A stretch of 64,000 nucleotides of DNA from Eubacteriales bacterium. Lineage in GTDB: Bacteria > Bacillota > Clostridia > Oscillospirales > CAG-272. Location: positions 45,085-109,084 of the forward strand of contig JAZNCE010000120.1 in the NCBI GenBank assembly GCA_045587385.1, in the 5' to 3' direction. Below are positions 38,655 through 48,603 of this stretch, in pieces; positions within the stretch are counted from its first letter, which is position 1; the number at the start of each line of letters is the position of its first letter. The notes below the pieces were generated by a model. It was not told the DNA's origin, ran no database searches, and saw only the letters and a program-made list of their open reading frames with translations. Position numbers and translations under genes: made by a program.

Positions 38655-40049
38655 ATGAAGCAATTTATGGACCGCGACTTTTTGCTCGGAAGTGATACTG
38701 CAAAGACGCTTTATCACGATTACGCAGCACAACTTCCCTTGGTAGATTACCATTGTCACATTGATCCGCGCGAGATCTATGAGAATAGGCAATTTGAAAA
38801 TATCACGCAGATCTGGCTGGGCGGAGATCATTACAAGTGGCGCATTATGCGCTCGAACGGTGTGCCCGAGGAATACATTACAGGCAATGCTCCCGACCGC
38901 GAAAAATTCCAGAAATTCGCCGAAACACTTCCGCGCTGCGTGGGCAATCCCATGTACCATTGGTGCCATCTTGAGCTCAAGACCTATTTCGGCTACGAGG
39001 GCGTGCTGAACGGAGAAACGGCACAAGAGGTCTGGGATCTGTGCAACGAAAAGCTCAAGGTCATGCGTGCGCGTGATTTCATAGCGCAGAGCAAGGTTGC
39101 CATGATCGGCACGACCGACGATCCCTGCAGCGATCTTGCCTATCACGCGCTGATCGCAAACGAGGGACTTGACTGCAAGGTTTGCCCCAGCTTCCGTCCC
39201 GACCCTGCGCTCAATATGCACAAGCCCGGCTTTGCAGCATACATCGAAAAGCTTGGCAAGACCGCAGGCATGGAGATCAGGACCGTAGCCGACGTCAAAG
39301 CTGCGCTTTCTGCAAGAATGGATCATTTTGCAGCACACGGTTGCCGCGCAAGTGACCACGGACTTGATTATATCATGTATCGCGAAGCAAGCGAGAAAGA
39401 GATCAACGCATCCCTGGCAACGGCACTTGCGGGCGGCACGGTAACCAAGGAACAGACCGAAGCATATCAGACCGCGCTGCTGCTCTTCTGCGGACGCGAA
39501 TATGCGCGCCGCGGTTGGGTCATGCAGCTGCACTTCTCCTGCATGCGTAACCCCAACAGCCGCAGATTTGCCGAGCTTGGTCCCGACACCGGCTTTGACT
39601 GCATTGCCGTGACCGATAGCTGCGCACCGCTGTACAGACTCATGGACGCATGGGACAAGGACGGACAGCTGCCGCGCACAGTGCTTTACAGCCTCAACCC
39701 CGCTGATAACCAATGGATCGACACGCTGCTGGGTGCTTTCCAGGATAGCTCGATCCCCGGCAAGGTACAGCATGGCAGCGCATGGTGGTTCAACGATAAC
39801 AAGGTGGGCATGCAGGATCAGCTGACCAGCCTTGCCAACCTTGGCATTCTCGGCAACTTTATCGGCATGCTGACCGACTCGCGCTCCTTCCTCAGCTATA
39901 CAAGACACGAGTACTTCCGCCGCATTCTCTGCAATCTGATCGGCACGTGGATTGAAAACGGCGAGTATCCCTGCGATATTCCCGCGGTAGGTGCACTCGT
40001 ACAAGATATCTGTTACTACAACGCAGCCCGTTATTTTGGACTTGAATAA
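38655..40049 (+). CDS. uxaC: glucuronate isomerase
   Basis: Start moved to the ATG at 38655: MKQFMDRDFLLGSDTAKTLYHDYAAQLPLVDYHCHIDPREI...GDHYKWR. Confidence 0.95.
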   Translation: MKQFMDRDFLLGSDTAKTLYHDYAAQLPLVDYHCHIDPREIYENRQFENITQIWLGGDHYKWRIMRSNGVPEEYITGNAPDREKFQKFAETLPRCVGNPMYHWCHLELKTYFGYEGVLNGETAQEVWDLCNEKLKVMRARDFIAQSKVAMIGTTDDPCSDLAYHALIANEGLDCKVCPSFRPDPALNMHKPGFAAYIEKLGKTAGMEIRTVADVKAALSARMDHFAAHGCRASDHGLDYIMYREASEKEINASLATALAGGTVTKEQTEAYQTALLLFCGREYARRGWVMQLHFSCMRNPNSRRFAELGPDTGFDCIAVTDSCAPLYRLMDAWDKDGQLPRTVLYSLNPADNQWIDTLLGAFQDSSIPGKVQHGSAWWFNDNKVGMQDQLTSLANLGILGNFIGMLTDSRSFLSYTRHEYFRRILCNLIGTWIENGEYPCDIPAVGALVQDICYYNAARYFGLE

Positions 40050-40063
40050 AGGAGATTTCCCCT

Positions 40064-41146
40064 ATGCAAATGACGTTTCGCTGGTACGGCGAGGGCAACG
40101 ATAAGATCAGCCTTTCCGATATCAAACAAATTCCCGGTGTGACGGGAATCGTTTGGGCATTGCATGATAAAATGCCCGGTGAGGTTTGGCAGCCCGAAGA
40201 AATTGCCAAGGTCAAAGAGCAGCTTGACGCTTACGGCTTTAACATGGACGTGGTGGAGTCGGTCAACGTGCACGACGACATTAAGATCGGTCTTCCCTCC
40301 CGTGACGCTTACATTGAAAACTACAAGCAGACCATTCGCAATCTTGCCCCCTTTGGCGTCAAGGTCATCTGCTACAACTTCATGCCCATTTTCGACTGGA
40401 CCAGATCCAATCTGTTCCACCCCGTAGGCGACGGCTCGACCGCGCTGTTCTATGAAAAGAATATGATCCAGGACGATTACAACGCCATGGCAAAGTACAT
40501 TCTGGATTTCACCGAGAAATACAACATGTCCTTCCCCGGTTGGGAACCCGAGCGTATGGCAAAGCTGGATCAGCTGTTCAAGGCATACGCTGACGTGGAC
40601 CACGAAAAGCTGTGGGCAAACCTCAAGTATTTCCTGGAAGCACTTATGCCCGTATGCGAGGAGACCGGCATCAAAATGGCGATCCACATGGACGATCCGC
40701 CTTGGGACATTTTCGGTCTGCCCAGACTTCTGGTGGATGAGCCCTCGATCGACCGTTTCCTTTCTATGGTCGATCACCCCTGCAACTGCCTGACGCTTTG
40801 CTCGGGCAGCCTGAACGCAAACCCCGATACCAACGTAGCCACCATTGTGCGCAAGCATTGCGACCGTATTGCGTTTGCCCATATCCGTAACGTCAAGCAC
40901 TTCGAGAACGGTGACTTCTCCGAGGCTTCCCACCGCGACTGCGACGGTGACACGGGTATTCTGGATATTCTGAAGGCTTACCACGATTGCGGCTTTGACG
41001 GCTATATCCGCCCCGACCACGGCAGACATTTGTGGGGAGAGGGTCCCGGTACGGTACGCCCCGGTTACGGACTTTACGACCGCGCACTCGGCATTATGTA
41101 TATGCTGGGCGTTTGGGACATGCTTGATAAATTGGAGGAGAAATAA
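40064..41146 (+). CDS. uxuA: mannonate dehydratase
   Basis: 360 aa: MQMTFRWYGEGNDKISLSDIKQIPGVTGIV. Confidence 0.95.
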   Translation: MQMTFRWYGEGNDKISLSDIKQIPGVTGIVWALHDKMPGEVWQPEEIAKVKEQLDAYGFNMDVVESVNVHDDIKIGLPSRDAYIENYKQTIRNLAPFGVKVICYNFMPIFDWTRSNLFHPVGDGSTALFYEKNMIQDDYNAMAKYILDFTEKYNMSFPGWEPERMAKLDQLFKAYADVDHEKLWANLKYFLEALMPVCEETGIKMAIHMDDPPWDIFGLPRLLVDEPSIDRFLSMVDHPCNCLTLCSGSLNANPDTNVATIVRKHCDRIAFAHIRNVKHFENGDFSEASHRDCDGDTGILDILKAYHDCGFDGYIRPDHGRHLWGEGPGTVRPGYGLYDRALGIMYMLGVWDMLDKLEEK

Positions 41147-41147
41147 T

Positions 41148-41990
41148 ATGATCAACTTACCTTTGAAAATAGACTATACCGATAAGGTTGTCGTGATTAC
41201 CGGTGCCGGCGGACTGATCTGCGGCGCAATGGCACGTGCATTTGCACAGTGCGGTGCCAAGGTGGCAGCGCTTGACTTAAACCTTGATGCTGTGACCAAG
41301 CTTGCTGACGAGCTGACCGCAGAGGGCTTTATCTGCAAGGGCTACAAGGCAAACGTGCTGGATCCTGCGGCTCTTGAAGAGGTGCACGCGCAGGTTCTTG
41401 CAGACCTTGGCAAGTGCGACGTGCTTGTCAACGGAGCAGGCGGCAACAACCCCAGAGCTACCACATCCAACGAGTACCATCACGAAGCAACTCCCCAGGG
41501 TAAGTCCTTCTTTGATCTGGACGCGGACGGCGTTGACTTTGTATTCAAGCTCAACTTCCAGGGCACGCTGCTGCCCACGCAGGCGTTTGCCAAGGATATG
41601 CTGGAGACGGGCGGCTGCATTCTCAACATTTCCTCCATGAACGCATATACCCCTCTGACCAAGATCCCCGCATACTCTGCTGCAAAGGCTGGTATTTCCA
41701 ACTTCACACAATGGCTGGCAACGCACTTTGCAGGCACGAATATCCGTTGCAACGCCATCGCTCCCGGTTTCCTTGTTTCCGCACAGAATTACTCTCTGCT
41801 CTTTAATGCGGATGGCACTCCCACCGCAAGAAGCGCAAAGATTCTGAACGGTACGCCCTGCCACAGATACGTACAGGCTGAGGAGCTGCTTGGAGCTACG
41901 CTGTTCCTTTGCGACGACAAGAGCGCATCTGCCATTACGGGCGTTGTGCTTCCCATCGACTGCGGTTTTGCCGCTTATTCGGGTGTATAA
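41148..41990 (+). CDS. SDR-family oxidoreductase, probable D-mannonate/fructuronate oxidoreductase
   Basis: Start at the ATG at 41148 (MINLPLKIDYTDKVVVITGAGGLICG). It has the catalytic YSAAK. Its position is between uxuA and eda. Confidence 0.75.
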   Translation: MINLPLKIDYTDKVVVITGAGGLICGAMARAFAQCGAKVAALDLNLDAVTKLADELTAEGFICKGYKANVLDPAALEEVHAQVLADLGKCDVLVNGAGGNNPRATTSNEYHHEATPQGKSFFDLDADGVDFVFKLNFQGTLLPTQAFAKDMLETGGCILNISSMNAYTPLTKIPAYSAAKAGISNFTQWLATHFAGTNIRCNAIAPGFLVSAQNYSLLFNADGTPTARSAKILNGTPCHRYVQAEELLGATLFLCDDKSASAITGVVLPIDCGFAAYSGV

Positions 41991-42002
41991 GGAGGCTGCA
42001 CT

Positions 42003-42629
42003 ATGACCGTACTTGAAAGATTTTCCCGCGTTGGCATCGTCCCCGTGGTCGTCATTGACAAGGTGGAGGACGCTGTTCCCACTGCTAAAGCTTTGCTTGC
42101 GGGCGGCGTGGACGTGATGGAGATCACCTTCCGCACCGCTGCTGCACCCGAGGCGATCAAGGCTGTAGCCGAGGCTTGCCCCGACATGCTGGTTGGCGCA
42201 GGCACCGTGCTCAACGTAGAGCAATGCAAGCAGGCGATTGAAATGGGAGCTGCGTTCATCGTCTCCCCCGGCTTTGACCGCGACGTAGTCGCTTACTGTA
42301 TTGATAACGGCATTGCAACCACCCCCGGTTGCGTTACGCCCACCGAGATCACGGCTGCGCTCAATATGGGACTTAAGGTCATCAAGTTCTTCCCTGCCAA
42401 TATCTACGGCGGTTTGAACGCAATGAAGAACCTCTCCGCGCCCTTCGCAGGCGTCAAATTCCTGCCCACGGGCGGTATTAACACCGCAAACGTGCGCGAA
42501 TACATCGATGCTCCCTTTATCCAGGCAGTCGGCGGCTCTTGGATCTGCCCCCGTGCCGATATTGCAGCAGGCAATTTCGATAAGATCACCGCACTGTGCA
42601 AAGAAGCACGCAGCGCAGCATTCGATTGA
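42003..42629 (+). CDS. eda: 2-dehydro-3-deoxyphosphogluconate / 4-hydroxy-2-oxoglutarate aldolase
   Basis: 208 aa: GVDVMEITFRT, KFFPA, PTGG. Confidence 0.9.
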   Translation: MTVLERFSRVGIVPVVVIDKVEDAVPTAKALLAGGVDVMEITFRTAAAPEAIKAVAEACPDMLVGAGTVLNVEQCKQAIEMGAAFIVSPGFDRDVVAYCIDNGIATTPGCVTPTEITAALNMGLKVIKFFPANIYGGLNAMKNLSAPFAGVKFLPTGGINTANVREYIDAPFIQAVGGSWICPRADIAAGNFDKITALCKEARSAAFD

Positions 42630-42641
42630 TAGGAGGCTATT

Positions 42642-43670
42642 ATGGCAAAGATTATTACCTTCGGTGAGCTGATGCTCAGACTTCAGCCCTTCAATTATGA
42701 AAGATTCGTGCAGGCAAGTCAGGTGGAATTCTCCTTTGGCGGCGGTGAGGCAAACGTAGCGGTTTCTCTTGCCAACTACGGCATGGACGCAGCATTTGTC
42801 ACCAAGCTCCCTGCACACGCCATCGGTCAGGCAGCCGTCAATTCCCTGCGCAGATACGGCGTGGATACCTCCATGATCGTGCGCGGCGGTGACCGCGTGG
42901 GCATCTATTACAACGAAAAGGGTGCTTCGCAGCGCGGTTCTGTCTGCATTTATGACCGTGCAAACTCGGCAATCGCAAAGGCTGACGCTGCGGATTTTGA
43001 TTGGGACGCTATTTTTGACGGTGCGGATTGGTTCCACTTTACCGGTATTACCCCCGCGCTGGGCGAAAACGTAGCTGCGATTTGTCTGGATGCCTGCAAG
43101 GCTGCAAAGGCACGCGGCATCAAGATCTCCTGCGACCTCAACTACCGCGGCAAGCTGTGGACGCGCGCGCAGGCTCGCGAGACCATGACCAAGCTTTGCG
43201 AGTACGTGGACGTTTGCATTTCCAACGAGGAGGATGCAAAGGACGTATTCGGCATCGAGGCTGAGGCAACCGACATTTACGGCGGCACGCTCAACCACGA
43301 GGGTTACAAGTCGGTTGCAAAGCAGCTGGCTGACAAGTTCGGATTTGAGATGGTTGCTATCACGTTGCGTGAGAGCCACAGCGCAAGTGCAAACGGCTGG
43401 AGCGCAATGCTGTATAACGTAGCCGAGGATGCTTACTGCTTCTCCAAGAAGTATGAGCTGACCATCATTGACCGCGTTGGCGGCGGTGATTCGTTCGGCG
43501 GCGGCTTGATCTATGCGATCTTAAACGGCAAGAGCACCCAGGCGGCTGTTGAATTTGCAGTTGCGGCATCCGCGCTCAAGCACACCATTGGCGGTGACTA
43601 CAACATGGTCACGGTTGCCGAGGTGGAAAAGCTGGCAGGCGGCGACGGCTCGGGAAGAATTCAGAGATAA
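42642..43670 (+). CDS. kdgK: 2-dehydro-3-deoxygluconokinase (PfkB family)
   Basis: 342 aa: GGGEANVA, DRVGGGDSFGGG. Confidence 0.9.
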   Translation: MAKIITFGELMLRLQPFNYERFVQASQVEFSFGGGEANVAVSLANYGMDAAFVTKLPAHAIGQAAVNSLRRYGVDTSMIVRGGDRVGIYYNEKGASQRGSVCIYDRANSAIAKADAADFDWDAIFDGADWFHFTGITPALGENVAAICLDACKAAKARGIKISCDLNYRGKLWTRAQARETMTKLCEYVDVCISNEEDAKDVFGIEAEATDIYGGTLNHEGYKSVAKQLADKFGFEMVAITLRESHSASANGWSAMLYNVAEDAYCFSKKYELTIIDRVGGGDSFGGGLIYAILNGKSTQAAVEFAVAASALKHTIGGDYNMVTVAEVEKLAGGDGSGRIQR

Positions 43671-43685
43671 GAAATTGCATATAGG

Positions 43686-43716
43686 AAAACCCACAGGGAG
43701 TGCCCTGTGGGTTTTT
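43686..43716. terminator. bidirectional rho-independent terminator
   Basis: Stem AAAACCCACAGGG / CCCTGTGGGTTTT, loop AGTG. Confidence 0.8.
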
Positions 43717-43720
43717 GTTA

Positions 43721-45175
43721 TTATTCGATAAGAATTCTTCCATCAGTACAGAAAACCTGAATTTGGTGATCGGTACAAAAAATGTCACCGCTCCCTACAT
43801 GCATAGTCCATTCGGCTTTTGTACCATTATAATTTATGGTACGAAGTGTACTATTGGAAAATGCCTCACTTCCAATATACACATTTGGAGATGTTATATC
43901 AAGAATCTCAATAGCGGAACTATGAAAAGCCTTTCCACCTATCGTCTGAACGTTATCTGAAAGAATGACCACGTTCAAATTTCGACATTGTGAAAATGCT
44001 GCATCACTGATCTTCCCTACATTCTTGGGAATCACAATTTTTATTAATCCGGAGCTATAAAATGCACTTGTCCCCATCGTTAAAAGACTTTCAGGCAGAT
44101 CTATCTTTTGCAAGGATGAGCAATACGAAAATGCGGAACCGCCAATCGTCAGAACATCCCCCGTAAATACGACTTTTTCCAGATATTCGTTGTAAGAACA
44201 CATTTCCTCGGGAATATGCAAGATATTGGGCGGGATTTCAATTTCCGTAATATTAGCATTCTTGAATGCGGCAATACCAATAGCTACCAAAGAGTCCGGC
44301 AAATTGATCGTTTCAAGATTCGGACACGAAAATGCATATGCGCCTATCTCGTTCAAGCCATCGGGTAATACAACCTCTTTCAGGTATTCATCGTTTTTGA
44401 AAGCATTATCCGCTATACTTTTGACGGGTATGCCCTCTATTTCTTCCGGAATAATCACGCGATATCGGAAACCGGAATCACTCTGTGATTTATTCGTGAA
44501 TCCTAAAACCACAAATAAGTCTCCACGTTCATTCAATTGATACTGTACATCCTGATCATCCACACGAATTACACCCGGTTCTAATGGAGGCAAAGCTTCT
44601 GTTTCCGATTCAAATTCAGTATCTGTTTCCGTTTCGGTATCCGTTTCTCCTATGATCGCGTCAATCTCATCCTTGTGCTTCATATAATACTCATACAATC
44701 TCTCAAGGAAATCCCCGAGATCCTGCATGCTCTCGCCCACAAAGCCATCACTTTGCATGGATTGCAGCTTATCGATGACCGAATCATCCGTACCTGCGCT
44801 GAGAGCTTTGAAGAGCTCTTCGGTAAACTTCCATTCGATCCAATTCAGCTGCAGCGCACTTTGCGCAGGTGGCGTAGGATCGTCGGGATCGTCCGGATCT
44901 GCGGGCTGCTTATCCAACGGGAACAGCACGTTCTCGATGACTTGGCTGCCCCATTCTTGCACGGGCTTGCTGCCAAGCACGATAAAGGACAGCGGCAGAG
45001 AGACAAGCAGCATGGAGAAGACCAAAGCAAGGCAGGCTGCGCTGATGAAGATGCCGCGGTTTCTCTTTCGGCGTCTTGATTTGAGAATGGACAGCTTGGT
45101 TTCGTACTGCACATACTCAATGATATACTTTTGGTCAATGGCGGAAATCGCGTCAATCATTACGTTCTTATTCAT
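43721..45175 (-). CDS. membrane-anchored putative anti-sigma factor with BspA-type leucine-rich-repeat ectodomain (pair 2)
   Basis: 484 aa with an ATGA overlap to its sigma gene. N-terminal MIDAISAIDQKYIIEY, one TM, a conserved juxtamembrane module, an acidic TETETDTEFESETE linker, then LRR units (IGAYAFS..L..I.LP.SL..IG..AF). Confidence 0.6.
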   Translation of the reverse strand: MNKNVMIDAISAIDQKYIIEYVQYETKLSILKSRRRKRNRGIFISAACLALVFSMLLVSLPLSFIVLGSKPVQEWGSQVIENVLFPLDKQPADPDDPDDPTPPAQSALQLNWIEWKFTEELFKALSAGTDDSVIDKLQSMQSDGFVGESMQDLGDFLERLYEYYMKHKDEIDAIIGETDTETETDTEFESETEALPPLEPGVIRVDDQDVQYQLNERGDLFVVLGFTNKSQSDSGFRYRVIIPEEIEGIPVKSIADNAFKNDEYLKEVVLPDGLNEIGAYAFSCPNLETINLPDSLVAIGIAAFKNANITEIEIPPNILHIPEEMCSYNEYLEKVVFTGDVLTIGGSAFSYCSSLQKIDLPESLLTMGTSAFYSSGLIKIVIPKNVGKISDAAFSQCRNLNVVILSDNVQTIGGKAFHSSAIEILDITSPNVYIGSEAFSNSTLRTINYNGTKAEWTMHVGSGDIFCTDHQIQVFCTDGRILIE

Positions 45176-45747
45176 AGACCGATCCCCTCCTCTTGAAGTT
45201 TTTCGCGAAGGGTTTGCTTGATGTACGCGATCTGCTTGGAGACCTTGGAGCGACTTACGCCCATTTCGCTTGCAATGTCATCGATCGACTTGCCGAAATA
45301 GTATCTTCCAAGGAAAATATACCGCTGATCCTTATCAAGGCTTGCAATATACGATTCGATGACCGTGGCGAGCATGTGCGCATCATCCGTTTCGCGCACA
45401 TCCGCCAGCACGTCCTCCAGCTCGGAGAGTGATACGGCTTGGCTCATCGCGGCTCTTTTCTGCGCCTTTTGTCTGCGACCGACCATCAAGGACTGGTTGC
45501 GGATAATGGCAGCCAAAAAGGCTTTGAGCAGATACGGGCGTTCGGGCGGAATGGTGTTCCATGCAGCCAGATAGGTGTCGTTGAGGCACTCCTCACTGTC
45601 TTGCATATCTTTGAGAATATTGTTTGCAATTTTCAGCAAATACGCGCGGTATTTGTCGTCGGTGTGTTTGATAGCATTCTCATTGCGCGCCCAGTATAGC
45701 GCAATGATCTCATCGTCGCTCAGAATGCGGACGTAGTTCGTTTCCAT
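45172..45747 (-). CDS. sigma-70 family (ECF-like) RNA polymerase sigma factor, paralog 2
   Basis: 191 aa: LYWARNENAIKH...DSEECLNDTYLAAW, HTH IDDIASEMGVSRSKVSKQI. Confidence 0.85.
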   Translation of the reverse strand: METNYVRILSDDEIIALYWARNENAIKHTDDKYRAYLLKIANNILKDMQDSEECLNDTYLAAWNTIPPERPYLLKAFLAAIIRNQSLMVGRRQKAQKRAAMSQAVSLSELEDVLADVRETDDAHMLATVIESYIASLDKDQRYIFLGRYYFGKSIDDIASEMGVSRSKVSKQIAYIKQTLREKLQEEGIGL

Positions 45748-45839
45748 ATCATTCTCCTTTCAGCATCCTTCACCCTTATAGATGCGTTTTTTTAGAAAAA
45801 GTGTACGGTTTTGGAAAAATATTTTTTATTTTTATAAAA

Positions 45840-45863
45840 TCGGTGGGAGCAAGCCCCCACCGA
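45840..45863 (-). terminator. rho-independent terminator after the fucosidase gene
   Basis: Stem TCGGTGGG / CCCACCGA, with a T-run on the minus strand (TTTTATAAAA). Confidence 0.6.
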
Positions 45864-45871
45864 AATCGATA

Positions 45872-46840
45872 TTATTCCTCTCTCTTGCCAACCTCGCGCA
45901 GAATTTCAAGCGCAGGCACGGGAATTCTGCCAAGATGGTCGGGTCCTACGTTCAGCAGGTAGTTGACGCCGCGGGCGTTGAGATGATTCTTGATGCGAAT
46001 GACCTCGTCTGCATTCTTCCAGTTATCGTCAAAATACTTAAAGCCCCAGGTATCGTTGAGCGTAGTGGGAGATTCCACCAGTATGTCCTCCATATATTCG
46101 TCGGGAATGACGTTGTCGCCCATGGAAACGTAGTCGCCAAGTCCGTTGCCTATGCGGGAATTCAGCAGGCATTCGGGCTGCAGCTCTTTGACAAGATCGC
46201 GCAATTCCTTGGATTGCTCGGGCGTGATCTGAAAAGGCGTATCACACCAAAGCAGGCAAATATCACCGTACTTGGTCAAAATCTCACGGATCTGCGGCAG
46301 GATCTTTGCGCGGAAGCATTGCTCATAATTCTTATGATCATCGTCCGGGAAATCCCAGTTGTTGGTCCAATGCGTGTCGTCAATATTCAGGTGCGAGGGA
46401 TGATAACCGCCGCCGTTGGGCTCATGCCAGTCAAGCTCCTGAGAATAATACAAACCCAGCTTAAGCCCATGCTTTTTGCAAGCCGCTGCGATCTCACCGA
46501 TCACGTCTCTGCCAAAGGGCGTTGCGTCTACCACGTTGTAGTTGTCGTACTCGGATTTGAACATGCAAAAGCCGTCGTGGTGCTTACTGGTCACGACCAT
46601 GTAATTCATGCCCGCATCCTTGGCAAGCTTTACCCATTCTTCCGCATCAAAGTAAATGGGGTTGAACGCCTTTGCAAGCTGCGCATATTCCTCGTTCGGA
46701 ATACGGAAATACGCCTGCGCCCATTCTGCGATCATACCAATGCGCTTTCCGCGGTGCTCCCCTGCCAGCAGCGAATACAGACCCCAGTGGATCATCAAAC
46801 CGAATTTGGCCTCTTTTTTGAACCATTCCTTATTGGTCAT
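45872..46840 (-). CDS. alpha-L-fucosidase (GH29 catalytic domain only, no signal peptide)
   Basis: 322 aa: FGLMIHWGLYS, VVTSKHHDGFCMF, LGLYYS. Confidence 0.85.
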   Translation of the reverse strand: MTNKEWFKKEAKFGLMIHWGLYSLLAGEHRGKRIGMIAEWAQAYFRIPNEEYAQLAKAFNPIYFDAEEWVKLAKDAGMNYMVVTSKHHDGFCMFKSEYDNYNVVDATPFGRDVIGEIAAACKKHGLKLGLYYSQELDWHEPNGGGYHPSHLNIDDTHWTNNWDFPDDDHKNYEQCFRAKILPQIREILTKYGDICLLWCDTPFQITPEQSKELRDLVKELQPECLLNSRIGNGLGDYVSMGDNVIPDEYMEDILVESPTTLNDTWGFKYFDDNWKNADEVIRIKNHLNARGVNYLLNVGPDHLGRIPVPALEILREVGKREE

Positions 46841-46844
46841 TGCC

Positions 46845-47423
46845 TTATTCTCCTATCTTTCCGTTGTATGTAAAGAATTTTGTGTTGTACACGTATGCAA
46901 CCTCTGCGTTGCCCAAGCGTCTGACGATATAGAATTTATCGCCGCGCAGCGAGGTATTCTCCAGCCCCTTGGGCGAGATATACATCTCCTTGCTCCAGGC
47001 GTACAGCTTATCAGTCTCGGGCACGCGCCACGTGGCGTTTTGAAACACAAAGACCGTAACGGTTTTGGTATAATGCGTATGCCTTCTGCCAAAGCTACCG
47101 GCGGTATGCGGCTCGTATACAGTTTCGGTGGTAATGTGCGAGAGCGTGTCGATCTCCACGAGCAGCTCACCGTCATGCTGCACCTCAAAGATCACATCCT
47201 GATCTTCCCTGTTTTGCTTGACGTACAGATAAATGGGAATAATGGCAAGCAGTCCAACCGCGATGCCAAGCAACACGTGTACCAAAACGCCCGCCAAGAT
47301 CGCCGCAACCCCAATGGGTATGATCCACACGAGCGTTTTATCGTCGTTTGCATCTGCCTTTTTGACCTCGTTACCAAGCACGTCCTGCCTGATGATCTCG
47401 TCTGTCAATATTTCTTTGGTCAT
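46845..47423 (-). CDS. 2-TM membrane protein, tandem paralog P1 (unknown family)
   Basis: 192 aa with an AAGGAG RBS. It has a charged N-terminus, two TM helices and a roughly 110-aa C-terminal domain ending AYVYNTKFFTYNG. Confidence 0.6.
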   Translation of the reverse strand: MTKEILTDEIIRQDVLGNEVKKADANDDKTLVWIIPIGVAAILAGVLVHVLLGIAVGLLAIIPIYLYVKQNREDQDVIFEVQHDGELLVEIDTLSHITTETVYEPHTAGSFGRRHTHYTKTVTVFVFQNATWRVPETDKLYAWSKEMYISPKGLENTSLRGDKFYIVRRLGNAEVAYVYNTKFFTYNGKIGE

Positions 47424-47429
47424 ATCGTT

Positions 47430-48014
47430 TTACTCCTTATATGTAAAGAACTTTTCGCTGTACAGATCCACGACCGTTTGCGGATCGTTTTTCATTGTCA
47501 CAATAATATAGGTGTCCCCGTATTCGGACATCTGCAGCCAGACCGATAATCTTGACGGGCAGCTCGAACCGTTTCTCTTATCGTGATAAATGCGATATTC
47601 CTTGCCCTCTTCAAAGGTGACCACATCATAGCCGTGATCCATCAAGGAATGCCACGGGTCAAACTCCACGAAGCTTAAAAACTTGGCGCGCTCGATGACG
47701 ACCTGTCCGCCGTCCTTATTTTTGACCGCGCGGATCAACATGACCGTTTTATATATCAGATATGCGCATACCGCTGCCAGCGCAAGCAGGACAACGCCGC
47801 AAAACGCCATAAAACCCACCGCTTGATCTGCGGGCTCTTTTGCAAGCTCTTTGAACAACCGGGATGCAAAGATCGCAAACACGATTGCCGTGATCACGCC
47901 TGCCGCACCGTATATCGGGAAATAGAAATACGCGCCGCGGTTGAATTTTTTGAGCAGCATTTCCCTTGTAATGACTTCTCTTCTGTCTTCTTGCACGTTA
48001 TCCCTCCGTGTCAT
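47430..48014 (-). CDS. 2-TM membrane protein, tandem paralog P2 (unknown family)
   Basis: I prefer the ATG at 48014 over the TTG at 48017 used in the track. It has the same architecture as P1 and a C-terminus VDLYSEKFFTYKE. Confidence 0.55.
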   Translation of the reverse strand: MTRRDNVQEDRREVITREMLLKKFNRGAYFYFPIYGAAGVITAIVFAIFASRLFKELAKEPADQAVGFMAFCGVVLLALAAVCAYLIYKTVMLIRAVKNKDGGQVVIERAKFLSFVEFDPWHSLMDHGYDVVTFEEGKEYRIYHDKRNGSSCPSRLSVWLQMSEYGDTYIIVTMKNDPQTVVDLYSEKFFTYKE

Positions 48015-48570
48015 CAACGTATTCGTACAAAGCCTCGGGATAGATCATCTGCAGCTCCCAGCTCTTTTTCTGATAAATCACCAAAATAAAGGATGCCCCC
48101 ACACCGAATTTGTCGCGTGCACGGTTTTTCTCGGACTCTGTCCACAGCCCCTCTTTCATGGTAAAGGTGTTTCCTCGCGCAAATTCAAACACGTCGTATT
48201 CGATTTCTTTTAACGTGTGCGTGCGGTGGCTGTAATAGGTTTCCACGCACTTGCGCACTTCGGTCAGCGTGTCAATCATCACGGTGACGTCGCCCTGCGT
48301 AACGCTGTGCTTCTTTTGATGCATGTCAAAGATCAACTTGACGCCGCCAATGAGCAAAATGGGAATAGCGGCGCATGGAATAATACCAAAAAGAAAGCCA
48401 AGCAAAAGATTGACCTCGCGCCATATCCAATTTGCCGCAAGCAGCATCACCAAAAACGGCACACACGCGCCAAAAGCCGCGAATATCATCATCTGAAATT
48501 TGTCGGTCGCGCGCTCGGTTATGGTTCGCACTATATCAGATCTTTTCAGTATCTTTCTCTGCTCTGTCAT
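47998..48570 (-). CDS. 2-TM membrane protein, tandem paralog P3 (unknown family)
   Basis: Start moved to the ATG at 48570 (AAGGAGA 5 nt upstream; MTEQRKILK). It has the same architecture. The IDTLTE motif matches IDTLSH in P1. Confidence 0.55.
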   Translation of the reverse strand: MTEQRKILKRSDIVRTITERATDKFQMMIFAAFGACVPFLVMLLAANWIWREVNLLLGFLFGIIPCAAIPILLIGGVKLIFDMHQKKHSVTQGDVTVMIDTLTEVRKCVETYYSHRTHTLKEIEYDVFEFARGNTFTMKEGLWTESEKNRARDKFGVGASFILVIYQKKSWELQMIYPEALYEYVDDTEG

Positions 48571-48603
48571 ACGCTTCTCCTTGCTTTGACAATCATTATA
48601 CAC

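Noticed and set aside
38526-41155. 492-aa and 374-aa minus-strand ORFs opposite uxaC and uxuA
   Set aside because: Same codon-aligned shadow phenomenon. uxaC and uxuA are identified with high confidence from their N-terminal sequences.
41277-43379. 700-aa minus-strand ORF spanning the SDR, eda and kdgK genes
   Set aside because: The three plus-strand genes are unambiguous and happen to share one frame. The antisense ORF crosses their intergenic RBS regions and has junk-like composition. I treat it as a codon-bias artefact.
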